Positions 17,442 through 30,084 of a stretch of 64,000 bases of DNA are shown here, one piece after another. Source of the DNA: Octopus vulgaris (taxonomy: Eukaryota). The stretch lies in the NCBI GenBank assembly GCA_951406725.2, contig OX597816.1, forward strand, positions 107,074,001 to 107,138,000, written 5' to 3'. Below the pieces are notes generated by a model that had not been told where the DNA came from, did not search any database, and saw only the letters and a list, made by a program, of their open reading frames with translations. The stretch's first letter is position 1; each line of letters begins with the position of its first letter. Both the position numbers and the translations under genes were made by a program.

Positions 17442-18924
17442 CTATAAAAGCAACAACAAAACGAAATGAAAAATATAAAATAGTTCAATGCTACAAAGCA
17501 GCTCCAATCAATTATTTTCAAGATATGAGAATGATTTTGAAGATTTCTTAGATAAAAAAGAACATCTAACGGTTCTATATTCATAACTTGAACATAACTG
17601 ATTGAAACAGGTCGATATAAATAAATGGAATTTATTTTTGTTCCTCCATTGGTATTAAATTATTGTTCTCTCTCTCTGCCATTTGTCTCTCCCTTTCTCT
17701 CTGGGTATGGATGTTGATATAATTGTGTGTTTACATGGTGAGTTCGACTGGGTGGTATACGTCCAAGTGCACACATTCTTGCACATAACTCACTCATAAC
17801 TAAACGTGTCTGTATAGTGAAAAAGTTTTCTTCATAACCATCTGGTCTCAGGTTCAGTCTCACTGTGCAGCACTCTAGGCAAGGGTCTTCTACTATAGCA
17901 CCGGGCCAACAAGAACCTTGTGAGTAGATTTGGTAGACGGAAACTGAAAGAAGCCCATCGTATACTTACATACATACGACGGGCTTCCACACAGTTTCAG
18001 TCAACCATATCCACTTACAGGGCATTGGTCCGCCTGAAGTTATTGTAGAAGACCCTTCCCAAGGTACTGTGAGATGAGATTGAACCCGAAACCACTTGGT
18101 TGCAAAGTGAGCTTCTTTACCATGCAGCCCACATGTATTAGATTTTTCATGGATCAATAAAACAATAAAAGAAATATCGGATTTATTTAGTTATTATAGT
18201 CACCATTCTTATCTTTGACTTCTTTTCATTTATTAATGACACGTTCATAAAATTCCTTAGGTTTAGAAGTGAAAAAGGAAATTAGTTCATTTTCGACTTC
18301 TGTTCTTGGAGTAAGTCTTAATCCACTCAAACGATTTTGTAAACTTCTAAAGAGATGTTAATCTGTTGGTGCGACATCCGGAGATTATGGTGGGTTGCAT
18401 AACTTACCAGGCATATTTTTCTAGGAGATCTTTGGTCTTTTGCACAATGTGAAATCTAGCGTTATTATAATGAAAGATGGTGACTCCTTTTCTGTTTGTT
18501 TGTTAATGATAGACGTTTTTGCTGCAAAGCAGCTTCCAAAAATGTTAGCTTTTGGTAGTATACATCGGCTGTTAGTGTTTAATTATCGTGTAGCAGCTCG
18601 TGATGAATTATTCAACGCATATCGCATCATGCACTCAGAAGAATACACGTGCGTGTGCGTACGCGCGCACACGCGTGTTTGTGTACAAAGGCGGCTACTG
18701 TCACTAATGGCTAATTTATACATCGACCTACAGCTTTTCACGACATCACTGACTGTTTAGTCGCGTAATCGACAAGACCCAAACCTTGTCAAAAAACAAA
18801 AGACAAAAAACAAACAAACAAACAAACAAAAAAAAAAACTTCAGGCCTTGTGCCTATTGTAGAAAGACATATTATAAAGATATAACGATGTTTTCTCTTC
18901 GATGGGGTAACATTGTTTTATCCT

Positions 18925-19340
18925 AAGGCTGCGAGCTGGCAGAAACGTTAGCACGCCGGGCGAAATGCGTAGCCGTATTTCGTCTGCCGGTACGTTCTGA
19001 GTTCAAATTCCGCCGAGGTCGACTTTGCCTTTCATCCTTTCGGAGTCGATAAATTAAATACCAGTTACGCACTGGGGTCGATGTAATCGACTTAATCCCT
19101 TTGTCTGTTCTTGTTTGTCCCTCTCTATGTTTAGCGCCTTGTGGGCAATAAAGAAATAAGAAACGTTAGCATACCGGGCGAACTGCTAAGCGGTATTTCG
19201 CCTGTCTTTACGTTTTGAGTTCAAATTCCACCGAAGTCGACTTTGCCTTTCATTCTTTTGGGGTCGATAAATTAAGTACCAGTTGCGTACTGGGGGTCGA
19301 TCTAATCGACTGGCTCCCTCCTCCCAAAATTTCCCACCTT
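18925..19340 (+). mobile_element. Head-to-tail dimer of family-B SINE (Meta-domain-like)
   Basis: Two successive units GAAACGTTAGCA..GAGTTCAAATTCC..GTCGACTTTGCCTTTCATCCTTTCGG.GTCGATAAATTAA.TACCAG. Other copies at ~23722-23900(+), 28545-28747(-), 33802-34037(+), 49345-49545(-), 51345-51470(-), 52600-52760(+). Confidence 0.85.
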
Positions 19341-19519
19341 GTACCTAGAGTAGAAAAGAACATAGTCATTTAAACTTACCATCCGAGGAACGCTCCGTTA
19401 AAAATACAAAGATATTAGTCACAGAAAAAAAAAATTCTACCAGCAATTTTCATTGGTTCACGTTAAGATGTAGTCAATGTTCGTTGAAATGTATTGGTGT
19501 TGATTCTGCTATTTGTCTT

Positions 19520-19897
19520 ATCTTTTACTTGTTTCAGTCATTGGACTGCGCCCATGCAGGGACACCGCCTTGAAGGGCTTGGTGGTTTAAATCGATGTTA
19601 GTACTTATTTTTAAAGTCTGGTACTTGTTCTATTGTTTTTTTTTCTGTTTTGCCAAACCGCTAAGTTACGGGGATGTAAAGAAACCAACACCAATTGTCA
19701 AGTAGTGGCGGACGAACAGAAACACAAACACAAAGGCGCGCGCACACACACGACAGTTTTCCATGCAGTTTCTGTCTAACAAATCCACTCACAAGTTATT
19801 GGTCAGCCGGTGGCTATATCAAAAGATGTTTGTCCAAAGTGCAGCGCTGTGGAAATGAACCCAAAACCACTTGGTTTGAAAACAGCCATGTCTGCAC
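19520..19897 (-). mobile_element. Family-A CORE-like SINE, diverged
   Basis: Homologous along its length to 30085-30477. Confidence 0.8.
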
Positions 19898-20693
19898 CTA
19901 TTACGTCTTCTATTCTGAATAATATTTGCTTTTCTTTGTGTTTTGTTGATGCGTTTTTCTTCAATTTATTCATTTATCTATTTATTTATTTCAGCAACAA
20001 GAATCCTTTAACTGTTTCCAGAAATTAACCCTGTTTCTTGTGCCTGCATTTTCATTTTGCAGTTTTTCAGTCTTGCTCCTATTCCAGACTTATTCCATTC
20101 CCTTTTATTTTGATTTATCTTCTTTCATTATTCTTATTCTTTCTACATCGCGCCCTGGTACTAGTTATTTCTCACGTTTCTTCTTATCCTTTTGCAGCAC
20201 GTCTCTGCAGTTCATGTTGAGCATTGGTTTGTTGTGATAACCTTCGTTTTCTTCCTCAGCATAAGGCCAAACAGTTTCTCTGTGAAAACTTCTTCGTCTA
20301 TTTGACTAGCAATTTCTTGTATATTTTGGAATGACCGAATTACGTCTCATACGCTTCTTGCTGTTTTTCTTTCTTATGCCAATCTCTACATTCTTTCATC
20401 TAATTCTTCCATTGTGTTAATTTTAAATGACATTAAAAATGAATTAAAAAAAAAAGATAAATTCCTTTGCATCTGATGGTAAAAATTGGCTATATGGTAA
20501 ATGACTTGGATTGCGAATGAAACAATAAAATTCCAATATCTTAATTAAATGAAAGATTGATAAATTGGTAGCTTAGATTTAGAGATTTTCCGATTGATAC
20601 GAAAGTTATCCCAATAATATTGTTACAGTGATAAAGCCATCAAACAAAAACCAGCAATGTTGTTAGAAAGATTAGAGTGAGTGAGAAAGTTAG

Positions 20694-20750
<57 letters not shown>

Positions 20751-21395
20751 ATGTGTGTGTGTGTTGGTTTGACATGCGGCATTGAAAATGGATCACAAAA
20801 GCAACATTATTAAGCAGAAGAGATTCCACATTTGGTGTTCGCCCGCAACAACATGCCTGCCTACCTGTCTACCTGCCTGCCTACCTGTCTGCCTGCCTAA
20901 CTTTCTGTTTATCTATTGATTTATGTACCTACTTGCATGCGTATATGTCTGTCTGTCTCTCTCTCTACATATACATACATAAATGTGTGTATGACCCTTG
21001 TCAAATGATAAAGAAGTACACTATTTCTATACAGTACTCACTACAATTTAACCACCGACCATATATTAATTATTTTTATTATTCTAACGTGTACCTTCGC
21101 CCACCCGCTCAAAGAATTGCGTTTTGTTGATCATTTTGCTGGATATGTATTTATCTGTTAACACACATTTAGAAGTGCCAAACCATCTTCCCAATACAGA
21201 ATGTTACTCGGTTTCTGGTATTAGTCCTTTAACATTTAAACTAACCATATCTGGCTCTACCCGTTTTATGTTCAAAGCGACCAAATCTGGCCTTTCACAG
21301 TAACCTCTAATGTCATTCTAAAAATAAACAATCGCATCGTCATGATCCAAAAGCTAGCAAAAGTGCACAATTATTTCAAAATAATATGAATATTA

Positions 21396-21900
21396 GAAAA
21401 TCCCTATAGGAGATGAAAGCAGTGACTATACTGAGAAATAATGTCAACCGCCACTTAAACATAGCTATTCCGTGGAAACCGAGGATAGTGCTATTTTTAA
21501 TCCCAGCAGGATGCTCCTCCAGCTGGTTATTCGACGCAATCTGCACCCGATATATATTACAAGCAAGGGAGTTTCCTCCCTATCATCTTCTAGCCACGAG
21601 ACCTCCAGACCGCACGGTTTCGACCTCTTTGTGGTCATGCTAGGTGGTGGATACTCGTCCGCTAGAGATAGCAGTAGTTCACTCCACCACTGAAGATGGC
21701 GACAAAGAAGTCGAAACCGTAGAGTCTGGTAGTCTCGTGACTAGTTGATGGCAGGGGTTCACTCCCTTGCTTGCAATATATATCGGGTGCAGATTGCATC
21801 GAATAACCAGCTGGAAGAGGCGTCCTCCTGGGGTTAAAAATAGTAGTAACATTGGTTCCTACGGAACAGCTATGTTTAGGTGGTGTTGAACATTACTTCT
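21396..21900 (+). mobile_element. 505-bp foldback (rod-forming) non-coding insertion with 14-bp TSD
   Basis: TAATATGAATATTA is repeated at 21382-21395 and 21901-21914. Arms 21434-21651 and 21683-21900 are reverse-complementary at about 80% by manual alignment. Confidence 0.85.
21686..21730 (+). ncRNA. Type I hammerhead ribozyme motif
   Basis: ACCA-CTGAAGA-T-GGC(GACAAAGAA)GTC-GAA-AC(CGTAGA)GT-C-TGGT. It has the CUGANGA and GAAA core, helices I-III can pair, and the GUC cleavage triplet ends at 21726. Confidence 0.7.
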
Positions 21901-22422
21901 TAATATGAATATTACATTTGATAAAGTAATACTTGGTCTTTTTTCCCATCTGTTACTACACTTTTCATATGATCTTACGGAGTGGGTAAAAAAAAATCGT
22001 TGTCACTGCAGCATGACAGCCAGTTAATAGGAGAAGTCATCTAAGCAGTACAGAGGAATTTGGATGTATATGTATGATAATTTATATGCTCAGAATATAT
22101 CAAGATAGATATATTTTTTGGAATATAAATAGGTCATAAGAAGTAAAAAAGTGACAAAAGTAGAACATTGATTTGGCAATTCTTGCGTTTAGGACAATAT
22201 TTACGCTTTTGTCATTTTGCATTAAGTATTAATTTGTTTTGTACCCAACGGAAATTTTAAAAAATTATTTCTGTATCGTGCCTGCAGTGAACTTTGCGAT
22301 ACGCTTGAAATACTTCTTGATGTTTTTAATTTGTGTTATTGGTATAAACGCATGAACTCATATATGTGTACACACACGCGCGCACACACACATACACACA
22401 CACAAACACATGTATATGTGTA

Positions 22423-22462
<40 letters not shown>

Positions 22463-22500
22463 AAAAGAATGTGTGTGTATGCGTATGTTATATATATTTA

Positions 22501-22532
<32 letters not shown>

Positions 22533-23442
22533 GAGAGTATTGTAGTTCGCTTGAAGCATTTTGTGGTGTTTGTAAAGAATAAAAAGTTTTGAATGGTTCA
22601 ACAATGCACTATAATATAGACAATGGGCTATATACCTGTTGTAATTTAGTCATCCATAGTCTGATATGATATTTCGGAATAATATTCCTTCTTCAGATAT
22701 TCTTAGATGGAGTCGCTGCTATAATCGGTTTTCTAACGGCTTTTCTTTTTTGTTTTGTGGAAGCGTCTCAGCAGTGGTCTCATGATGCTCCTTTCAGAAT
22801 TCCTCATGAGAAGTGTGTGAGGTCAGCCATGTCTCAATCTCATGTGTGCTGGTACATCCCTAGCGCTGCTTCTAAGTTACATATTAAACGTGCAGCTTCC
22901 TTTTTCCCCTTCTTTTTCTTTTTACTCTTTTCTTTTTTTTTTTTTGTTATAAACTACTGATGAGCATATTATCAAAAATGAACCTATACGCATCCAAATG
23001 TATCTAAATAATGTATCGATTACCAACCTCCAGCCTGTTGTTAATTTGGGGCCCTAGTCTGTATGAGTATAACTTCCTTAATTCTTAAATTACCCAAATT
23101 TCTTTCATTGGCCTCAATTATGATTGTTATGCTTTTGTCGGTGTTCTGGTATCTGTCTAGATGTTTTCCGAAGGAGGAAGCTCTCGTGTTCAGATGTTCT
23201 TTGATGCGGACATGTAACGGTCTTGTTGTGCTAACCACATAGAACTTGTTGCATTTGTTAACATTGTATTCTATACACAACATTTACCCGATGACATAAA
23301 TCTGTGTCACGGATTGGACAGTTTGTTAGTGTACATTGATTGTTGTCCCTTGTTCGTTTCTTAGTGAGGTGTCCTCTCAGAGAGGGGCCGGAGTGGGCTT
23401 GTTGTATGTCTAGCCCTTCTCTTTTTATGGCTCTTCGAATGG
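22533..23442 (-). mobile_element. Penelope-like element 3' fragment (GIY-YIG endonuclease plus pLTR)
   Basis: Minus strand CTLTNCPIRDTDLCHRVNVVYRIQC / NKCNKFYVVSTTRPLHVRIKEH..LRIKEVILIQ is a GIY-YIG domain with one frameshift. A downstream hammerhead lies at 22663-22701. Both ends abut microsatellites. Confidence 0.88.
22663..22701 (-). ncRNA. Minimal (Penelope-type) hammerhead ribozyme motif
   Basis: Minus strand ATAT-CTGAAGA-A-GGAAT(ATT)ATTCC-GAA-ATAT-C-ATAT: intact core, 5-bp helix II, palindromic 4-nt helix III, AUC cleavage triplet. Confidence 0.75.
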
Positions 23443-24123
23443 ATATATATATATATATATATATATACGCATGTGTATGCCTATATGTATATATACAAAC
23501 ATATATACATATGCATGTATACACATACACACGTATTTAGTCTTTATATATACATATAATCTTCATCTAATTCTGTCTTCCTGTCTACCCACATACCTAC
23601 AATTTTACCTACTTTGGCTGCCAAACAAAAGGGATGAGCACGAATGGTTGGCTGTTGAAGGAGCTACACGCTTTAAAACCCATTTACTCCTTGTCAATCG
23701 AAAATATTGTAATGTATAGACATGGGGAGCTGGCAGAATCGTTAGCGCGCTGGAAAAAGTGCTTAGTGGCATTTCTTCTGAATCCTTATATTCTGAGTTC
23801 AAATTCAGACGAGGTCGACTTTACCTTTCGTCATTTCAGAGTCGATAAAAAAGTACCAGTTGAGCACCGGGATCGATATAATTGACTAAAACCCTCCCCA
23901 CCATCTGCCAAAATTTAAAACCATCACTGTACATAATATTTTGACCTTATATCAGATCAAGTTTTTTTTATTGCTTTTAACACATTTTCAGAGCTGAAAC
24001 TGATTTTACAGAAATATTGCACAATGCAATTATGCAAGTCATATTGAGAAATATAGTGCACATCATTGTTAACTGATCTACTTAATTTATCATATACTGG
24101 AAGTTTAATATCGATCTTTTATA

Positions 24124-24179
<56 letters not shown>

Positions 24180-24394
24180 TATAGATGAACTAATAGAAAC
24201 ATCTAGTGAGAAAAACTAAGATAGATATACTGAAGAGAAAAAGCGAGAAGGGATAGGGGAAAGAAAGGGGTACTAATAAGTAGGAACGGCATCTCACTAT
24301 TCTAACTAGATTTTAAAATATGATATGATCTAATAAATTATCAACAATCTTTATTACCTACACACTCACACACGCGCGAGTTTGTATCTATTTA

Positions 24395-24735
24395 CTCTTT
24401 TACTTGACTCAGTCACTAGACTGAAGCCAAGCTGGAGCACCGTCTTGACGGGTATCGTCGAACAAATCAACCCCAGTACTTATTTTTTTTTTTAAAGTCT
24501 GGTACTTATTCTATCAGGATATTTTGTCCAACCGCTAAGTTACGGGAGCGTAAACAAACCAACATATTGTCAAACGATGGTGTGTGAGGGGCAAATGCAA
24601 ATACGCACACATATTCACAACGGGCTTTCGCCGCATTGGTTGGCAGGGACTATAGTAAATGACACCGTACAGTAGGACTGAACCTGAAACCACGTGGTTG
24701 CAAAGCGAATTTCTTAACAACACAGCCAAGCTTGC
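24395..24735 (-). mobile_element. Family-A CORE-like SINE, diverged
   Basis: Homologous to 30085-30477 with an internal deletion. Confidence 0.75.
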
Positions 24736-24859
24736 GACTGTTTGAGCATGTATATTTTAAAAGCAAAAAGCAAAATGATGATAAGGGGAAACAAATTCGT
24801 TACTTTTCACTCAAAATACTTTTAAAATGTGAAATATTATGCATTATAGTTGAAATTTA

Positions 24860-25032
24860 GGCGATCTTTCGTCTCTAGTAGACCTTTCCGTCGATTTCCG
24901 TAAAAAATTTTTTTTTTCTACATATGGGCTTGCGGGAACTTTTGAAGTAATGAGAGCGAAAGAGACTAAGAGAAACCGATTTTATGACGAGGGAAGTTCT
25001 TTTGAAGTTACCGTCCAGGGGAAGCATTGATG

Positions 25033-25072
<40 letters not shown>

Positions 25073-25296
25073 ATGGGGTGTGGGAGACAGACAGTATGTT
25101 GTGTAAGTGAAGTGCTTCTGTTAGTGTGTGTGAAGAGACAGAGTAATGTGTAAAAGAAAGAGATAACTGAAATTTTTTACTCGGTGTATGTGTATATGTA
25201 TGTATATTACTTCAAAAGTTCCCGCAAGCCCATATGTAAAAAAAAAATTTTTTAACGGAAATCGACGGAAAGGTCTACTAGAGAGGAAAGATCGCC
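24860..25296. mobile_element. Merlin-like MITE
   Basis: ~90-bp near-perfect TIRs starting GGCGATCTTTC. Exact 8-bp TSD GAAATTTA at 24852-24859 and 25297-25304. GG-starting TIRs with an 8-bp TSD fit Merlin. Confidence 0.85.
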
Positions 25297-25381
25297 GAAA
25301 TTTATATTAATTTGAAAGTAAGATTTATTTAGATCCTATTCCAATAAGACGACTATTATTGTCACAATCTGTGCACATTAT

Positions 25382-25485
<104 letters not shown>

Positions 25486-26399
25486 CAAAAGACTATTTAT
25501 AGCAAAAACATAAGCATTGTGAATAGATCGATGCATCTATCATGCAAGAACGATAATCCATTTTTTACCTATGATTTTTGAGATGTCTTAAGTTTGTTTT
25601 ATTTAATACCAATTTATTCTTAATTATTAAATTCTGAAGCAATTCTTTGTCATTTTATTTTGCATGTTATATTTAATCGGCTCTTTTGATACAATGAAAT
25701 GGTATCCAGGAAAAATGTCATAGGGAAAAAATTCACAATTTTGGCTAGATAAAAAAAGTCGCTGGAAAAAAAATGCCCCTTTTAAACACTATAAATAAAG
25801 CAATAGACAAAGCAATAAATCACATTTAAATACTATAAATAAAGTAATAAAACAGAAATATTTCATGATTGTTATTAACTGCCTTGTACACGATTTATAT
25901 ATGATGTCATTGCACATATGTGAAAAACAAAACAAAACAAAAAGGCTTTTATTCAATCTCTTAAGCAAAGTAAGACAATGAAACAAAAATTTTAAGTCAG
26001 TCATTTATTGACAACATAGGACGTTGACAAAATGAAAATACTTTACATAGAATCGTAGCATCACATGTATATTCACTTATTTTTATTTCAGCCGAAGCCA
26101 CGAAGAAATTCTACTAGAATCTTGTGGTTCTCCAGTGACTTTTTGTGTAACTTTTTTTCTAGTTTCAATGCAATATAGCAATTTACCTTGTTATCACCTC
26201 GCGCTATTTTGCTATGGCTAAATTTATCAATTTTTGTTTTTTTACTTTACCAATATCAAATTATAATTTACAAAAAAAAAAAAACCTATACGGAAACTAT
26301 TGACAATGAACCACAAGACAATTTTCAGCGACATTCCTATTGTACATTTTCTATCGAATATGGTATATATGTTATCATAAAATGAGTGAATCGAGGCAA

Positions 26400-27100
26400 A
26401 ATCGTTGGAATGGTAGGCGTTTGTGATGCCATAGAAAAATTGTCTCTAAGAAATATCCCTCAGAAAGAATACATTCTTTAAGAACAGCAAATTAAAGCGG
26501 TAGAAATAATTGAAATATTGTATACGATATATTATGCATAAGAATTTGCTGTATCTAAAAACTTCTAACGTGAATGTGGTTTTACATGAGGAACTATGAT
26601 TCACTGGCGAAATTACATACGTGATAGAATGAAGGAGAATTTCATTGCTAAACCATTTAGACTTGGAGGCGTTAGTCATTATGTAAAAGTATATGAATCA
26701 GATTTTAATCGCCGAAAATATAATGTTGGTCTCCACAATGGATATTTGCAAGAATTGATAACGTTACAAAGGAATATTTCTTTATTCAGGTAGACCAAAG
26801 AGATGCAAATACATTACAGCTCATTATTCAAGATTTCATATTAACAGGAACATAGCAGTAAAAAAGAAAAAAAAAAAAGACCCCCCCCCCCAGTCACATG
26901 CGGTGTGCTCATCATAATAGGGTTCACTCAATGTGGTTCAATCACTTATGTGTGAATCATCTATTCGATTTCTAAATCCTGTTAATCAGGTCCGAAACTA
27001 ATCATATTGCCAACATTTGGAGCGAAGAAAAGTAAGAAAGGCGAGACACAAAAGAATACGGAACACTCTGAAGATTGTTAAACACATCTCTGATTGAATT
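26400..27100 (+). pseudogene. Decayed Merlin (IS1595/ISXO2-like) transposase
   Basis: ISLRKNTFFKNSKL; W.NYIRD..LGGVSHYVKVYESDFNRRKYNVG; QWIFARIDNVTKEYFFIQVDQRDANTLQLIIQDFILTGT; GF.HLCVNH. These follow the Merlin pattern GG.G..VEIDES.F..RKYN.G..WVFG.IDR.T. Multiple stops and frameshifts. Confidence 0.85.
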
Positions 27101-27285
27101 TATATAGTATTGCAAATTTGGTCGTTGTCATATATATATATATATATGTTTTACCAACAACATCACAGTTGTAACTGTGATGTTGTTGGTAAAACATGTT
27201 CTTTGTCATCTCCTTATCCTCTTGGAGATTTTGGGTAAAATTATACTAATGTGTCCTTCAAATTTAATTAAATTCTATGTCTTTG

Positions 27286-27377
27286 TGCAGCTGAAGATTG
27301 CTCTACATTTTAAATTGATGTAATAAAATGATCGCATTGTTCAATTGAATGGAGTCGCATGAAACGATCGTATTGCA
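27286..27377 (+). ncRNA. Hammerhead-like motif with a long helix-II insertion (Penelope pLTR-like fragment)
   Basis: TGCAG-CTGAAGA-TTGC..(~55 nt)..GCAT-GAA-ACGATCGT-A-TTGCA: intact core, palindromic helix III, GUA cleavage triplet, helix I TGCAG/TTGCA. Confidence 0.55.
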
Positions 27378-27491
27378 TTACCTCTGGATATCCTTGTTGC
27401 TTATTTTGATTTTAATCACTATATTTTGAAATTATATGGATAATACCATACTAAATTCTGGTGCCTCAACTTAAGTACCATATTCATCTGA

Positions 27492-27628
<137 letters not shown>

Positions 27629-28852
27629 CGTGTGTCTGTGTATACGTACATATATATTATATATATGTATACATGTGTATCTTTCTCTCTCTCCATATAA
27701 AAGTTTTTAGATATCTAAAATTATCTTAAGCAAATTATTGAAAATATTTTACTCAGATCTGATGGAAAATATAGATATTACGGAAAATCTTACGTGGATG
27801 TTTTCGGCCATCAGTGGCTTTATCAAACACGCAATATAAACAAGTTTTTTGTGTTGTTCCTGTCACTCATCTGGAGAGCTAATGATGGCTGAATGTACAT
27901 ACACTATAAATTTTGTTATATCATGCAATAGGTCTCTGTTAATCTAATTTTAAAACGATTTCTTTAGATAATTTAAAATTTAACTTTTACTTGTTACGAT
28001 CATTGGACTGCAGCCATGCTGGGGCACCACATTGAAGGGTTTTAGTCAAAGCAAATCTATCGCAGTATTTATCTTTTCAAAACTTGGTGCATTATTCTAT
28101 CGGTCACTGTCAAGCAGTGACGGAAACACACACACATAATGGGCTTCTTTCAGTTTCTGTTTACCAAATCCACTCACAAGGGCTTTGATCCACTCACCAA
28201 GGGCTATAGTGGAAAAGACTCGGCCAAGTAGTCACAAAGTAAGACTGAATCCGCAGCTATGTGGTTTGGAAGCAAGCTTCTTACCACATTGCTATGGCTG
28301 CACCTACAAAAGATGTTTTTTTTTACACGTATTCAAATATACATTTTCTCTCACTTTATTTTTTTCGTTTTTTCTTTTTGCTGTGTTTGTAATTCTCATT
28401 TGACATATGCGGAAATAACGAAGAAGCGCCAACGTTTATTTAAAAACATTTGTAAATTACATATTTTCTGTTTAAATCCATTAATTATTCCTATTTCACT
28501 ACGAGAACTTTACATGTTTCTCTTCGCTTGAATTATAATTCTTTCTTCTATAGGCACAAGTAAAAGTGCTAGTCACTTACATCAATTACATCGAACCCAG
28601 TATCAATTGGTACTTATTTTATCAACCCTGAAAGGATGAAAGACAAAATCGGCATCAGTGAAATTTGAACTCAGAACGTAAAGATAGACGAAATTGCACC
28701 TAAGCATTTTGCCCAGCGTGCTATCAATTTTGCCATCTCGCTGCCTTCGCTTAAATTATATGTTTTAACGGTGCATTTAAAAAATATAATTATTAATAAA
28801 GGTCCACACATTCTAGTTTTGATAGAAAATTCATACTAAAGAATTATTTTTA

Positions 28853-29711
28853 GGCGAAGGTTCGCCTGTCGTAGCGCAGATTTCCGTCGATTTCCGTAAA
28901 AAACTTTTATTTTTTTACATAAGTAATGAGAGCGAAAGAGACTAAGAGGAAGCGATTTTATGACGAGAAGGTTTCACTTTGAAATCGGCCTGTGTGTGTT
29001 TGATGGGGTGTGGGAGACAGACAGTATGTTGTGTAAGTGAAGTGCTTCTGTTAGTGTGTGCGAAGAGACAGAGAGAGTAATGTGTGAAAGAGAGAGCTAA
29101 CTGATTTTTTACTCGGTGTATGTGTATATGTATGTATGCATGTATGTGTATATGTATGTATGCATGTATCTATGTATGTGTGTGTGTGTAAGTATGTGTG
29201 TGTGTATGTATGTATGTATGGCCGATTCATCGTAATTTTTTACTCGGTGTATGTGTATATGTATGTCTGCATGTATGTGTGTGTGTGTATGTATCTATGT
29301 ATGTGTGTATGTATGTATGGTCGATTCAGTGTAATTTTTTACTCGGTGTATGTGTATATGTATGTCTGCATGTATGTGTGTGTGTGTATGTATCTATGTG
29401 TGTGTGTGTGTGTGTAAGTATGTGTGTGTGTATGTATGTATCTATGTGTGTGTGTGTGTATGTATGTACTCGGTGTATGTGTATATGTATGTCTGTCTCT
29501 TCGCACACACTAACAGAAGCACTTCACTTACACAACATACTGTCTGTCTCCCACACCCTATCAAACACACACAGGCCGACTTCAAAGTGAAACCTTCTCG
29601 TCGTAAAATCGCTTCCTCTTAGTCTCTTTCGCTCTCATTACTTATGTAAAAAAATAAAAGTTTTTTACGGAAATCGACGGAAATCTGTGCTACTACAACC
29701 GAAACTATGCC
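28853..29711. mobile_element. Merlin-like MITE with ~250-bp TIRs and internal tandem repeats
   Basis: GGC...GCC ends. Exact 8-bp TSD TATTTTTA at 28845-28852 and 29712-29719. Shares TTTCCGTCGATTTCCGTAAAAAA and internal sequence with 24860-25296. TACTCGGTGTATGTGTATATG recurs four times internally. Confidence 0.88.
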
Positions 29712-30084
29712 TATTTTTATTTATTTGCGATTATTTACGGGGTAAGTTATACTTTTTACAAATAGTAATACAGCTGTTCCCGCTATTAATAACAAAAGTT
29801 GATTTTCAGGATCGCGACAAATCGTTATTTACAAGAATCATACGATAATGTATAATTATTCGCGATGGAAAAAGAAACCAGGGTAAGCATGCTGTTTACC
29901 GTCGTAAAAAAAAAAAGTGAAAGAAAATTCTCCTAAAAAATAAAATGTAAGTAAATTGCGAAAGAATCCCGAAGTGACGACAGTAGCATCTCATTATTTC
30001 ATTTAATCAATGTATGTGATATAACCACTAAGCCACGCGTCTCCACACGTATACACATGCTTATCAATATATACTCTTTTTACT

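Larger units (their letters stand above)
21225..21930. mobile_element. TTAA-type (piggyBac-like) MITE interrupted by the 505-bp rod element
   Basis: 21225-21395 plus 21915-21930 match, in reverse, the intact copy at 50190-50408. Confidence 0.6.

Noticed and set aside
25700-26160. Possible MULE-like MITE with GGAAAAAA.GTCA repeats
   Set aside because: The ends are too decayed to define TIRs or a TSD.
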